NCBI GenBank assembly: GCA_045577175.1 | Contig: JAZNHT010000022.1 | Coordinates: forward strand, 481 to 64,480 | Reading direction: 5' to 3' | Origin: Eubacteriales bacterium | GTDB taxonomy: Bacteria > Bacillota > Clostridia > Oscillospirales > CAG-272 | DNA length: 64,000 bases | In this document: positions 8,973 through 18,559 of the stretch, piece by piece | How positions within the stretch are numbered: the first letter of the stretch is position 1 | Layout: each line of letters begins with the position of its first letter | Translations under genes and position numbers: made by a program | The notes under the pieces: model-generated | Told to the model about the DNA's origin: nothing | Seen by the model: the letters and a program-made list of their open reading frames with translations, nothing else | The model's database searches: none

Positions 8973-11132
8973 TCAGTTGGCAAGCCCCTTCATGGAAAGC
9001 CCGATCCGCTTCTTCTGGAGATCGACATTCTTGACGCGGACGTGTACGACATCGCCTACGGAGACGACCTCGCTCGGGTGCTTGACGAACTTATCGGAAA
9101 TTTCGGAGACGTGCACCAGACCGTCCTGATGAACGCCTATATCGACAAACGCACCGAAGTCGATGACGTTTCTGACCGTTCCCGTGAGACACATGCCGAC
9201 GGTCAGCTCCTCCATGGTAAGCACCTTTTCACGAAGCTGCGGCTTCGGGAGTCCGTCACGGACGTCGCGTCCCGGCTTCTCCAGCTCCCCGATAATGTCG
9301 GTGAGCGTCGCTTCACCGCAGCCGATTTCCTCGGCAAGGGCAGCGATGCCCGTATCCTCCGCACGGCGGCGGAGGGTATTCAGCTTGCCCGCACGGACAT
9401 CCTCCTCGGTGTAACCGAATTTCCGAAGCAGCCGCTCTGCCGCGCCGTACGATTCGGGGTGGACGCCCGTGTTATCAAGAATCTCATCCGAGCCGGGCAC
9501 ACGAAGGAATCCGGCACACTGCTCATACGCCTTTGCACCGATGCGCGGCACATCCAGAACCTGCGCACGGGAGGTAAATTCGCCGTGCTCGTCGCGGTAC
9601 TTGACGATGTTCTTCGCCGCTGTCATATTGATACCGGCGATATAGGAAAGAAGCATATACGATGCAGTATTGAGATCGACGCCGACGGCGTTTACGCAGT
9701 CCTCAACAACGCCCGTGAGTGCCTCGTCAAGACGCGCCTCCTTCATGTCGTGCTGATACTGTCCGACGCCGATCGACTTCGGATCGATCTTGACAAGCTC
9801 CGCAAGCGGATCCTGCAAACGGCGCGCAATCGAAACGGCAGATCGCTGGGTAACGTCGAAATCGGGGAACTCCTCCGCGCCGACCTTGGATGCGGAATAC
9901 ACAGACGCGCCCGCCTCGCTCACGACGATATACTTCGTATCGTTGCCGATCTCGCGGAGTGTATCGGCGATGAACATCTCACTCTCACCGGACGCGGTAC
10001 CGTTGCCGATGGCGATCACGTCAATGTCGTACTTGCGGATGAGGTTTTTCACCACGCGGCGGCTCTCCTCGATTTTCTCCTGCGGCTTCGTCGGATAGAT
10101 CACGGCGGTGTCGATCACCATGCCCGTCTTATCGACGACGGCGAGCTTGCAGCCCGTGCGGTAGCCGGGATCGTAGCCGAGGACAGTCTTGCCCTTCAGC
10201 GGAGACTGCATGAGCAAATGCTTCAGATTGTCGGAGAACAGCTTGATCGCGCTCTCGCCGGCAACCTCGGTCAAAGCGGAACGGATCTCGCGCTCAATGG
10301 ACGGTGCGATCAGTCTGTCGTACGCATCGCACATCGCGGATGCCACATAGCGGAACGCGGGGCTCGCAAAATTCGTAATCACCTGCGCCATGAGGTAGTT
10401 GAGGATCACGTCCTTCTCAATCTCGACAGATACACGCAGAATCTCCTCCGCCTCGCCGCGGTTGATTGCCAGAACGCGGTGCGACGGGATACCCGAGAGC
10501 TTTTCCGTGTAATCATAATACAGCTCGTAGGTGAGGTTGTCCGCATCCGTCTTTTTGGAGCGAAGCAGGCCGTACTCCATCGTGAGCGCGCGCACTTCCC
10601 TGCGGTAATCGGCGTTATCGGAAATCTCCTCCGCGATGATGTCGCACGCACCTGCGAGTGCCGCCTTTTCATCCGGCACGTCCTTCTCGGGATCGACAAA
10701 GCGGGCAGCCGCCGTCATAATGTCGGGATCGTACACGCTCTCCTGCATCATGAGCAGAATCGCAAGCTCCTCCAGACCGCGCTCGCGCGCCACGGATGCT
10801 CTCGTCTTTCTCTTCGGACGGTACGGGCGGTAAATATCGTCGATCTCCGTCAACGTCTGTGCGGCGGCAACGGCGGCACGGATTTCGTCCGTGAGCTTGC
10901 CCTGCTCGTCGATAAGGGAGATGACCTCCTCGCGTCGCTTTTCGAGATTTCTGAGGTAGGACAGTCGCTCGGTCAGGTTACGGAGGACTTCATCGTCCAG
11001 CCCGCCCGTTGCCTCTTTGCGGTATCGCGCAATAAACGGGACGGTGTTGCCGTCATCGAGCAGCTTAACCGCCGCCTCTGCCTGTGTCTTGCGGATGCCG
11101 AGCTCCGCACAAAGTATGTCGAGAATTTCCAT
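8973..11132 (-). CDS. tex: Tex-family RNA-binding transcription accessory protein
   Basis: GNTVPFIARYRKE, DPGYRTGCK, RRLQDPLAELVKIDPKSIGVGQYQHD and C-terminal S1 domain. Confidence 0.95.
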   Translation of the reverse strand: MEILDILCAELGIRKTQAEAAVKLLDDGNTVPFIARYRKEATGGLDDEVLRNLTERLSYLRNLEKRREEVISLIDEQGKLTDEIRAAVAAAQTLTEIDDIYRPYRPKRKTRASVARERGLEELAILLMMQESVYDPDIMTAAARFVDPEKDVPDEKAALAGACDIIAEEISDNADYRREVRALTMEYGLLRSKKTDADNLTYELYYDYTEKLSGIPSHRVLAINRGEAEEILRVSVEIEKDVILNYLMAQVITNFASPAFRYVASAMCDAYDRLIAPSIEREIRSALTEVAGESAIKLFSDNLKHLLMQSPLKGKTVLGYDPGYRTGCKLAVVDKTGMVIDTAVIYPTKPQEKIEESRRVVKNLIRKYDIDVIAIGNGTASGESEMFIADTLREIGNDTKYIVVSEAGASVYSASKVGAEEFPDFDVTQRSAVSIARRLQDPLAELVKIDPKSIGVGQYQHDMKEARLDEALTGVVEDCVNAVGVDLNTASYMLLSYIAGINMTAAKNIVKYRDEHGEFTSRAQVLDVPRIGAKAYEQCAGFLRVPGSDEILDNTGVHPESYGAAERLLRKFGYTEEDVRAGKLNTLRRRAEDTGIAALAEEIGCGEATLTDIIGELEKPGRDVRDGLPKPQLREKVLTMEELTVGMCLTGTVRNVIDFGAFVDIGVHQDGLVHVSEISDKFVKHPSEVVSVGDVVHVRVKNVDLQKKRIGLSMKGLAN

Positions 11133-11199
11133 CGCTGTATCTCCGTTTCTCTGTCGTAATGTAGTATTGCCGTATTTTTCGGTTTTATCCGTATGTGTA

Positions 11200-11925
11200 T
11201 CAATTTTTTTCGGAGCGGCCCGCGCTTCTTTGGAGTGTGGCTTCCTCCTCCGCCGTCAGAAACCGCCACTCGCCGCGCGCCATCGTTTCATCCAACATCA
11301 CGCCGCCGAAGGAGATCCGCTCAAGCGAGGTGATCTCCGAACCGACCGCGTGGAACATCCGCTTGATCTGGTGGAACTTCCCCTCGCGGATCGTGATCGT
11401 GCCTGCGGATGCGGGCAGATCACCGTCAAGCGTCACCACGGCAGGCTTTGTCACAATATCGCCGATATCCACGCCCTCCTCAAGATGCTGCCGTGCCTCC
11501 TCCCCGATCGCCGGGTCGCACGTAAATCGGTACGTTTTATCAACGTGATGCTTCGGCGAAAGGAGCTCGTGCCCCAAAACGCCATCATTGGTAATCAGAA
11601 GAAAACCGACCGTATCGATATCCAGCCGTCCGCACGGGAAGAATCCCTTTCGCGCATACTGCGGCGGCAGAAGCTCCATGACGGTGGGACCGCGGTCCTC
11701 CGTCGCGCTGACGTAGCCCGTCGGCTTATTGAGCATAATATAGGTAAACTTCCGCCATGACACCGCCTCACCGCCGAGCGTGACCGATGCCGTTTCGGGA
11801 TCGATGTGTACGGACGGATCGCGCACGACGGCACCGTTTACCGTGACCTCCGATTTGCGAATGCGCTTCGTCGCTTCACTGCGCGTGCACACGCCCGCCT
11901 CGGACAGATATTTGTCCAACCGCAA
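11200..11925 (-). CDS. rsuA: 16S rRNA pseudouridine synthase, RsuA family
   Basis: TTG start giving MRLDKYL (S4 domain), NKPTGY, GRLDIDTVG and EGKFHQIKRMF. Confidence 0.9.
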   Translation of the reverse strand: MRLDKYLSEAGVCTRSEATKRIRKSEVTVNGAVVRDPSVHIDPETASVTLGGEAVSWRKFTYIMLNKPTGYVSATEDRGPTVMELLPPQYARKGFFPCGRLDIDTVGFLLITNDGVLGHELLSPKHHVDKTYRFTCDPAIGEEARQHLEEGVDIGDIVTKPAVVTLDGDLPASAGTITIREGKFHQIKRMFHAVGSEITSLERISFGGVMLDETMARGEWRFLTAEEEATLQRSAGRSEKN

Positions 11926-11940
11926 GACAGTCCCTCCCAA

Positions 11941-12042
11941 TCAAAAAATAAGCCAGAGAGCGGCGAACGAGCATAAAAAGATAAACAGTGCCGCAATCCC
12001 TGTGAGAAACCCGACGGCGAGATCGAGAAAAAACGGTCGCAC
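11941..12042 (-). CDS. Small 33-aa single-pass membrane peptide (not in ORF track)
   Basis: GGAGG RBS 7 nt before GTG; MRPFFLDLAVGFLTGIAALFIFLCSFAALWLIF*; stop lies just upstream of the rsuA RBS. Confidence 0.55.
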   Translation of the reverse strand: MRPFFLDLAVGFLTGIAALFIFLCSFAALWLIF

Positions 12043-12212
12043 GAAATCACCTCCGTGCATAAAAAGAATCTCCGCGGGGAGATACTAACCCCACATCCGC
12101 CGTTAGTATAGAAATATTGTACCACAAATATGCGCGGATGTAAAGAAGGGACGGGGGATTTTTCACCGAAACGGGCTCCGTAAAAAAAGTTTTTGAAATT
12201 TCAAAAAAAGTG

Positions 12213-12241
12213 TTGACAAAGTAGAAAACAGGTGGTATACT
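12213..12241 (+). promoter_or_regulatory. SigA promoter of tRNA-Gln
   Basis: TTGACA-17 bp-TATACT with A-tracts upstream. Confidence 0.8.
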
Positions 12242-12252
12242 ATATACCGCGA

Positions 12253-12326
12253 TGCCGAATTGTGTAACGGTAGCACGACAGACTCTGACTCTGTTTGTTG
12301 GGGTTCGAATCCCTATTCGGCAGCCA
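12253..12326 (+). tRNA. tRNA-Gln (anticodon CTG)
   Basis: Acceptor stem TGCCGAA/TTCGGCA, anticodon arm ACAGA-CTCTGAC-TCTGT, T-loop GGTTCGAATCC, encoded CCA. Confidence 0.95.
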
Positions 12327-12463
12327 AAATAAAAGACACCGTCCCTTGTGGGCGATGTCTTTTGTTTTAATTAATCGAAAGGGATTCGAACGGGTCGGTA
12401 GTGAATGACAGCCCGGTGGGCTGTCAGAGCCGACCCTGACCGAGCGCGTAGGTCGCGCGAGAC

Positions 12464-13244
12464 CGAATCCCTATTCGGCAGATGGAGCATTTTTGAACGG
12501 TGACCGAAGAATTTTGCAAAGCATGACATATAAATCAATCCGGAATGCTTTGCAAAATTCGAGACTGAATCCCTATTCGGCAATACGGAACCATCCTCTC
12601 CTACTTTACATCTCTCACCATTCATGCTATACTAAATACGGAAAGGCGGTGAATTTATGAAATTAAAATCTCTTGTATCCACCTGTTTTTTTACAGCCGC
12701 AAGAATATGGGGATCTGCGTGGTTGGCACTTTTGGCTTCGCTTATTCCACTATATATATGGAGAGGCACAAACGATGCGTCTCCTGAAAAAGCATTGTTC
12801 GTCGAAAACCTGATTCTGTCCGCTTGCGGATTGCTTTTCGGCTTCGTTATATTAACCCTGCTTCAGTCCAAGGATGACAGCAGCGAACGGCTGAACGGCA
12901 GGCAAAGCATCCTGACCGCCTGCTGCTCCACCGGCTTCTATATTGCAGTTTGGCTTATCGCCTATTTATTTAATCATAATAACATATGGATCGCTGTTAG
13001 CGGCTGTTTTTTGGGTCGTATATTTGGCGTAAATGCCGAAAACCTCCCAACCTTTACCGCCTCCTTGCTTTCTGCGTTGATCTTTGGCACCGTATACACC
13101 TGCGCCATTCTTTTAGGAACAAAGAGAGCAAATCGCAGAAGAAGAAATTTCTTAAAAGAACTGAAAAAATAATATCACCCGAAACCGCCATCAAAAAGGC
13201 GAAAGGGGCTCAGCCAATGACCGAAAAACCCTATTCGGCAATAC
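12464..13244 (+). repeat. Three direct copies of the tRNA-Gln 3' end (att-like sites)
   Basis: CGAATCCCTATTCGGCAG at 12464-12481, GAATCCCTATTCGGCA at 12567-12582 and CCCTATTCGGCA at 13229-13240, matching tRNA 12306-12323. Confidence 0.9.
12657..13172 (+). CDS. Hypothetical multi-pass membrane protein
   Basis: 171 aa, 4-5 hydrophobic segments, AT-richer than the flanks; own TTTACA-17-TATACT promoter at 12605-12633. Confidence 0.75.
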   Translation: MKLKSLVSTCFFTAARIWGSAWLALLASLIPLYIWRGTNDASPEKALFVENLILSACGLLFGFVILTLLQSKDDSSERLNGRQSILTACCSTGFYIAVWLIAYLFNHNNIWIAVSGCFLGRIFGVNAENLPTFTASLLSALIFGTVYTCAILLGTKRANRRRRNFLKELKK

Positions 13245-13387
13245 CGCCTCCCGTTGAAAATTCGCCCATTCATCCCACTCTCCGTTGATTTTCCTCCGCC
13301 AAACTCCCCCTTAAATCAACCGCCCGTGTCTTGCTTTATCCTCTCTCCGATGGTATAATTGTATCATAAAAGAAAAGGAGGCACACC

Positions 13388-13785
13388 ATGACCCCCACAG
13401 ATTTCGGAAGCAGAATTGCTTCCCTCAGAAACGAAAAGAAACTCACCCAAACAGAGCTTGCGGAAAAGCTGAACGTAAGCACACAAGCAGTCTCCAAATG
13501 GGAAACGGGCGCGGGCTTTCCCGACGTGCAAACGATCCCCGGAATCGCCCGCATATTGGAAACAACGACAGACTATCTTTTCGGCTGTGTAAAAAACAGC
13601 AAAAGGTTATGGTTTTCAATGTGCTCGAGGGCGATGGCGTGTCCACCGGGCGAAACTACCGCAAAAAATACGAAGCGGAGCTGAACGACAACTATTTACT
13701 GCAAGGTTGGAAAGTCGTTCAATCCCATCTTTCCAGTACCGAAGAAATGACATATATGATGGTCGTGATCGAACGCGACGATTGA
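13388..13785 (+). CDS. Xre-family HTH regulator split by a -1 frameshift (programmed, phase-variable or pseudogene)
   Basis: Frame from 13388 gives HTH_3 (LTQTELAEKLNVSTQAVSKWETG); a plausible C-terminal domain KQQKVMVFNV..MMVVIERDD* continues in the -1 frame after the A6 run at 13591-13596. Confidence 0.7.
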
Positions 13786-13819
13786 CAAAAACAAAAGACG
13801 GATCGCACGATCCGTTTTT

Positions 13820-14065
13820 TCATTCGCTCTCAAACAATTCCTCCATCGTAATGCCCAAAATCTTCGCAATCACGAAAATCTCCCTGTCCGTCGCACTTCG
13901 GAGCTGTCCCTCCAGCTTCGAATAGCTCGTCGGATTCATGTCGCAGCCCATCGTCTGTATCCGCGCGATGAAATCCTTCTGCTTGATGCCACGCTCCTTC
14001 CTCAGCCGCTCAATATTCCGTCCGACCATGTTCGCGCTCCCGTATTCCTTTTTGCGAATCTTCAT
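13820..14065 (-). CDS. Xre-family HTH regulator
   Basis: IERLRKERGIKQKDF..NPTSYSKLEGQLR..IAKILGITMEELF. Confidence 0.85.
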   Translation of the reverse strand: MKIRKKEYGSANMVGRNIERLRKERGIKQKDFIARIQTMGCDMNPTSYSKLEGQLRSATDREIFVIAKILGITMEELFESE

Positions 14066-14084
14066 GCCGTCACCCCCGTTTTTT

Positions 14085-14168
14085 ATTCTTATTTAGAATT
14101 ATATTCCCAAAACCGCTTGACAAAATTCCATTTTGGAATTATAATATAAAATAATTCCAAATCGGAAT
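14085..14168. promoter_or_regulatory. Divergent promoter with three 15-bp ATTCY-N5-RGAAT operators
   Basis: Operators at 14085-14099, 14125-14139 and 14154-14168; TTGACA(14117)-17-TATAAT(14140). Confidence 0.75.
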
Positions 14169-14185
14169 AAAAAACGAGGTGACAA

Positions 14186-14347
14186 ATGTTCAAACGGATA
14201 CAAAAATTGCTCCGCCGTCAAAGTCCGGAAATTTCCGCAGAGGAAGCAGAACGGTTTAGCGAGGCGGAGAGGCGAATACATGCGTACACGCTTTTAAGAA
14301 AGCACACGATCACTCCCGAGGAATACGAGGATCTGCTGCGAAAGTGA
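14186..14347 (+). CDS. Small 53-aa protein with SHOCT-like C-terminus (not in ORF track)
   Basis: GAGGTG RBS; MFKRIQKLLRRQSPEISAEEAERFSEAERRIHAYTLLRKHTITPEEYEDLLRK*. Confidence 0.65.
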   Translation: MFKRIQKLLRRQSPEISAEEAERFSEAERRIHAYTLLRKHTITPEEYEDLLRK

Positions 14348-14401
14348 GGACACCCGACAGCAAACACAAAAAGGACTGCCGCAGCAGTCCTTTTCCCTTT
14401 T

Positions 14402-16414
14402 TTATCCCATCATGCTCTCGCCGAGCTGTGTCATCGTGTACGGCATATCCCCGTTATACATAAACGCGCCCGTCAGGCGGATGTCGCGCGAGGAGGCACC
14501 AACGTACACGTCGTACCGTCCGTTTTCCGCCACCCAATCGTGCAGAGTCGTATTGTAGTACGAGAGATCATCCGCCGTCAGCTTGAACGAAACCGTGCGG
14601 CTCTCGCCTGCCTTGAGGAACACCTTTTCGAACTTCTTCAATTCCTTAATCGGACGCGGCACGGTGCAAATCGGATCGCCTACGTAAAGCTGAACGACCT
14701 CCGCGCCGTCGCACGCCCCCGTATTCGTAAGCGTGAACGACACGGTCAGATCATCCGAAACGGTGAGATTGTCATACGCAAATTCCGTGTACGAGAGTCC
14801 GTGTCCGAACGGATACAGAATCTCCTCGGGATGCTTGTCGTAGTATCGGTAGCCGACATCGAGGCGTTCCTTGTATTCGATGAACATTCCGTTGCCCGGG
14901 TATTCGAGATCGCGGCGCATACACGTCGGGAACGTCTCGGACAGCTTGCCCGACGGATTCACAATACCCGTCAGCACATCCGCAATCGCGCCGCCTGCCG
15001 CTTCACCGCCAAGCCACATCTCCGCAACAGCATCCGCCTTCTTCAAAGGCTCGCCGAAGATCAGCGCACCGCCGTTTTGCAGAACGACCGCCGTCTTTTT
15101 GCCGGCGCGCTGTACCGCCTGCAGAAACAGCTCAAAATTCTGATTCAGCAAAGCCGTGCGTCGGTCGAATTTCTCCGTATCCTCCGATACCATCGATCCC
15201 ATAAAGAAGAGCACGAGATCGGCATCCGCAACCGCCTGTACAAGCGCACCCGTCTTCGGCCAGAGCATTTCGGCGGAAAACGAGTCCTTCCTGTACGCTT
15301 CAAAATACGCAATCTCCACACCGGGGAGGCGTTTTTTCAATTCCGCCAGCGGTGAATCCGTATATTCCGCGCGCTGGAGCACCTCGGCTGATCCCTGTCC
15401 GCTGACCAGCGGCTTGTCCGCATACTCGCCGACCACGGCGATTTTTTTGTATTTCTCCGCCGTAAGCGGCAGTACCGCGCCGCTGTTTTTCAGAAGCACC
15501 GTGCCGTCCGCGGCGATCTCCTTCGCAATTTCATGCTGGCGATCGCGGTCGTAGGGGATCAAAGCAGGCTTCTCGCGCAGGACAAAGCGGAGCACACGGC
15601 GCACCGCCCGATCGATGTCCTCCATGGTAACCGTTCCTAAGTCAAGTCCTGCCTGCACGTCTGCGGTATTGGCAGATGTGTACGGCTGACGCATATCCAG
15701 TCCTGCGGCAAAGGCGCGCGGTGCATCGTGGACTGCCCCCCAGTCGGAAACGACCACGCCCTCGTAGCCCCAGTCCTCCTTCAAAATCTCTGTAAGCAGA
15801 CGGCGGTTTTCCGATGCCCATACGCCGCCGATTTTGTTATACGAGCACATAACGGTATCGGGTTCGGATTTCTTCACAGCGATCTCAAACGGCTTCAGAT
15901 AAATCTCGCGCATCGTTCGCTCGTCCGTCTCAACGCTTATGTACTCGCGGTGCTCTTCCTGATTGTTCATGGCAAAATGCTTGAGCGAAGTGGCTACGCC
16001 CTTGGACTGCACGCCGGAAATGTAGCCTGCGGCAAGCTCACCCGCAAGAACGGGATCCTCGGAAAGATACTCGAAATTCCGTCCGCAGAGGATATGCCGC
16101 TTTATATTGATGCCGGGACCGAGGAGCGTTCCGATCCCGTGATGAATACAGTCATCGGCGAGTGCCTCGCCCATTTTGCGTGCAGTTTCCACGCTCCACG
16201 TGGAGCCGAGGAGACAGAGATTCGGGAAATGCGTGCAGTTTTTCTCCGCATCTGCGCGGACACCGTGGGGACCGTCCGCAAAAGCAACCGGCTCAATGCC
16301 GAGGTGGGGAATCGGGATTGTACCCATGTTCGGCATCGGTGCACCGCAGATGAGCTTCGTTTTTTCCTCAAACGTGAGCTCGGAGAGAATTTTCTCGATT
16401 TTTTCGTTGGTCAT
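14402..16414 (-). CDS. GH3 beta-glucosidase
   Basis: DGPHGVR, GRNFEYLSEDP, KHFAMN, VVSDWGA (nucleophile), YPFGHGLSYT and Fn3-like C-terminus. Confidence 0.93.
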   Translation of the reverse strand: MTNEKIEKILSELTFEEKTKLICGAPMPNMGTIPIPHLGIEPVAFADGPHGVRADAEKNCTHFPNLCLLGSTWSVETARKMGEALADDCIHHGIGTLLGPGINIKRHILCGRNFEYLSEDPVLAGELAAGYISGVQSKGVATSLKHFAMNNQEEHREYISVETDERTMREIYLKPFEIAVKKSEPDTVMCSYNKIGGVWASENRRLLTEILKEDWGYEGVVVSDWGAVHDAPRAFAAGLDMRQPYTSANTADVQAGLDLGTVTMEDIDRAVRRVLRFVLREKPALIPYDRDRQHEIAKEIAADGTVLLKNSGAVLPLTAEKYKKIAVVGEYADKPLVSGQGSAEVLQRAEYTDSPLAELKKRLPGVEIAYFEAYRKDSFSAEMLWPKTGALVQAVADADLVLFFMGSMVSEDTEKFDRRTALLNQNFELFLQAVQRAGKKTAVVLQNGGALIFGEPLKKADAVAEMWLGGEAAGGAIADVLTGIVNPSGKLSETFPTCMRRDLEYPGNGMFIEYKERLDVGYRYYDKHPEEILYPFGHGLSYTEFAYDNLTVSDDLTVSFTLTNTGACDGAEVVQLYVGDPICTVPRPIKELKKFEKVFLKAGESRTVSFKLTADDLSYYNTTLHDWVAENGRYDVYVGASSRDIRLTGAFMYNGDMPYTMTQLGESMMG

Positions 16415-16549
16415 ACAAGTCCTCCCGGGGAGATTTTGTTACTGGGTGCATTGTATCACAAAAACGGCACGCGGTCAAGGTATATGCGAAAATTCAGCCA
16501 AAAAGACAAAGATGCCGCACCGTAAGGTGTGACATCTTTGCAGAAAAAA

Positions 16550-17314
16550 TTATTCCATACTGTTTTTCAAGCATATCATACGCTGCTGCTTGTAATCCTC
16601 TTCGGTGAGCTCACCGGAGTCGAACTGACACTTGAGCTTTTGCAGCTGCTGTGCAAGAGCCTCCGCTTTATCCGTGCGCCCCATTCGCGGCGGCGCATCC
16701 GCAAGCGTATGGATACCCATGAACACAAAGCAAGCGATAATCACAACGGAGTACAGAATAGAATCCCAGTATACCTGCCAATAGGAAAAATAAGGATAAT
16801 GCTGCAAGTTATTAACCAAAACCAAAATTCCCCATGCTGCCAGTCCGAAAAACGGCGCACTGAACCACTTTTTCCACGTCGGATACAGATACGTAAACGC
16901 CAGCAGTGCGAGAACCAAAAACAGCTCTACCCAGTTTGGCCACAAGCTAAAGTAGTACTCCGCATACTCCCAGCCTCTCCACAGAAAATTGCAAACGAGC
17001 GATAAAAACCACGCGGCACAACCGAGATAGGCAAACACCTTTTTCCGTCCGTACAGTCTCCAGTACGCAAAGAAAAACACAAACAAGCCCCAAAAAACAC
17101 TCATCAAAAAAAAAGGAAGAGAATCGCTTAGTTTATCCATCATGGATTCCATCATGTAATCTTTTCCGTACCACCGAACTTTCCGCGCCCAGTCCTCAAA
17201 AAAGCCGTCAAATCGCTGGCTTAAATACGAAATTCCCCAATACAACCGCAAAATCACGCAAACGGCGGCGGAGATAAGAACGCCGTAATGCAGCACCTTC
17301 GTTTTCGTATTCAT
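16550..17314 (-). CDS. Multi-pass membrane protein with SHOCT-like C-terminus
   Basis: About 6 hydrophobic segments; ends LQKLKCQFDSGELTEEDYKQQR. Confidence 0.75.
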   Translation of the reverse strand: MNTKTKVLHYGVLISAAVCVILRLYWGISYLSQRFDGFFEDWARKVRWYGKDYMMESMMDKLSDSLPFFLMSVFWGLFVFFFAYWRLYGRKKVFAYLGCAAWFLSLVCNFLWRGWEYAEYYFSLWPNWVELFLVLALLAFTYLYPTWKKWFSAPFFGLAAWGILVLVNNLQHYPYFSYWQVYWDSILYSVVIIACFVFMGIHTLADAPPRMGRTDKAEALAQQLQKLKCQFDSGELTEEDYKQQRMICLKNSME

Positions 17315-17649
17315 TTGCGCAGTGCCTTCTCGTATTCTTCCTCGGTGATAACACCGTTTTGCAACAGCTTATCCAGGTGATTGCTATACGCATCCGCCTT
17401 ATACCCGGGCTCTGTGCGTCCGAGAGACAGCTTTTGTGCAATGATCCACGTCTGATCGACCAGTTCTCCAAATCCGTACAGGAGAAACGAGCCGATCCAG
17501 GCACCCAGTGCGCCCAACACACCTGTCAGTATGCCTGCAAGAGGACTCGCCTCCATAGTCACCAGTCCTATAATCGCCGACGCAATGATTCCGAGCCATG
17601 CAATAACCGCTGCCAGATTTTTGATTTTCTTTCCGATTTCGTTAAACAT
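17311..17649 (-). CDS. Two-TM membrane protein with SHOCT-like C-terminus
   Basis: MFNEIGKKIKNLA..LLYGFGELV; ends LDKLLQNGVITEEEYEKALRK. Confidence 0.78.
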   Translation of the reverse strand: MFNEIGKKIKNLAAVIAWLGIIASAIIGLVTMEASPLAGILTGVLGALGAWIGSFLLYGFGELVDQTWIIAQKLSLGRTEPGYKADAYSNHLDKLLQNGVITEEEYEKALRK

Positions 17650-17670
17650 AGAAATGTCTCCTTTCCATTT

Positions 17671-17720
17671 ATCCCAAAATGGGATAAATCAATTATACCA
17701 AAGCGGTATAATAAAGTCAA
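17671..17720. promoter_or_regulatory. Divergent promoter with 15-bp operators ATCCC-N5-GGGAT and ATACC-N5-GGTAT
   Basis: Operators at 17671-17685 and 17695-17709; minus-strand TTGACT(17720-17715)-17-TATAAT(17697-17692). Confidence 0.72.
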
Positions 17721-17745
17721 GAGTTTTTAAGAAAAAGGGGAAATT

Positions 17746-17949
17746 ATGGAGTTTCGTCTGAAAGAGCTGCGGAAGGAACGGGGAATATCGCAAGTCAAGC
17801 TCGCGCTGGATTTGCACATGAATCAGAACTCCGTAAGCCGTTACGAAACGATGGAGCGTGAGGCTGACTACGAAACACTGGTGAAATTCGCCGATTATTT
17901 TGACGTATCGCTCGATTATCTGCTCGGGCGGACAGACAAACAAAAATAA
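17746..17949 (+). CDS. Xre-family HTH regulator
   Basis: RLKELRKERGISQVKLA..SVSRYET..FADYFDVSLDYLLGRTD. Confidence 0.9.
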   Translation: MEFRLKELRKERGISQVKLALDLHMNQNSVSRYETMEREADYETLVKFADYFDVSLDYLLGRTDKQK

Positions 17950-17980
17950 AGCATTGAACGGGATGTTCAATGCTTTTTGT

Positions 17981-18559
17981 TTATGCCCCGATCGGGTACA
18001 AAGCCATCCCGAGGACGGCGGAGATGAGGATCAGCACAATGGGGGAGACCGGCTTCTTTCGGATTTTTTTAAGGAGAATACCGGCAGCGGCGACGGCGGC
18101 AAAGATCACAATTCCGCAAACATCGGCCGTGAGGGCATCCCCGATCTTACCGATACCCAGAAGGGTGCTGAGGAAAAGCGTGCCGGCGACAGCCAAAATC
18201 AGTCCGATCACGCACGGGCGCACACCGCCGAGAAACGCCTGAACAGGCGCATAGCGAAGCAGATTTTTTACAAAAGCGGCGATCAGCAGAATAATCACAA
18301 ACGACGGAAGCACGATTCCGAGCGTGGCGAGCGCCGCGCCAAAAAATCCGCCCTCGCCCGCCCCGACGAACGTGGCAATATTGACCGCGATCGGTCCCGG
18401 CGTCGATTCCGCCACGGCGATCATGTTGAGAAGCTCCTCCTCCGTCATCCAGCCGTGACCGAGCACCTCCTCACGGATAAGCGAGATCATGCCCATACCG
18501 CCGCCGAAGGAGACGGCACCGATTTTCAAAAACGTGAGAAACAGCGTGAGAAGGATCAT
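17981..18559 (-). CDS. Chromate transporter (short-chain CHR), second subunit
   Basis: FLKIGAVSFGGG and AESTPGPIAVN. Confidence 0.92.
   Translation of the reverse strand: MILLTLFLTFLKIGAVSFGGGMGMISLIREEVLGHGWMTEEELLNMIAVAESTPGPIAVNIATFVGAGEGGFFGAALATLGIVLPSFVIILLIAAFVKNLLRYAPVQAFLGGVRPCVIGLILAVAGTLFLSTLLGIGKIGDALTADVCGIVIFAAVAAAGILLKKIRKKPVSPIVLILISAVLGMALYPIGA

Noticed and set aside
12306-13244. tRNA-end repeats as a CRISPR array
   Set aside because: Repeats are 12-18 bp, spacing is irregular (about 100-660 bp), they match the tRNA 3' end, and there are no cas genes.
13388-17949. Prophage or ICE after tRNA-Gln (several Xre genes)
   Set aside because: No integrase, replication, conjugation or structural genes; a GH3 metabolic gene sits in the middle.
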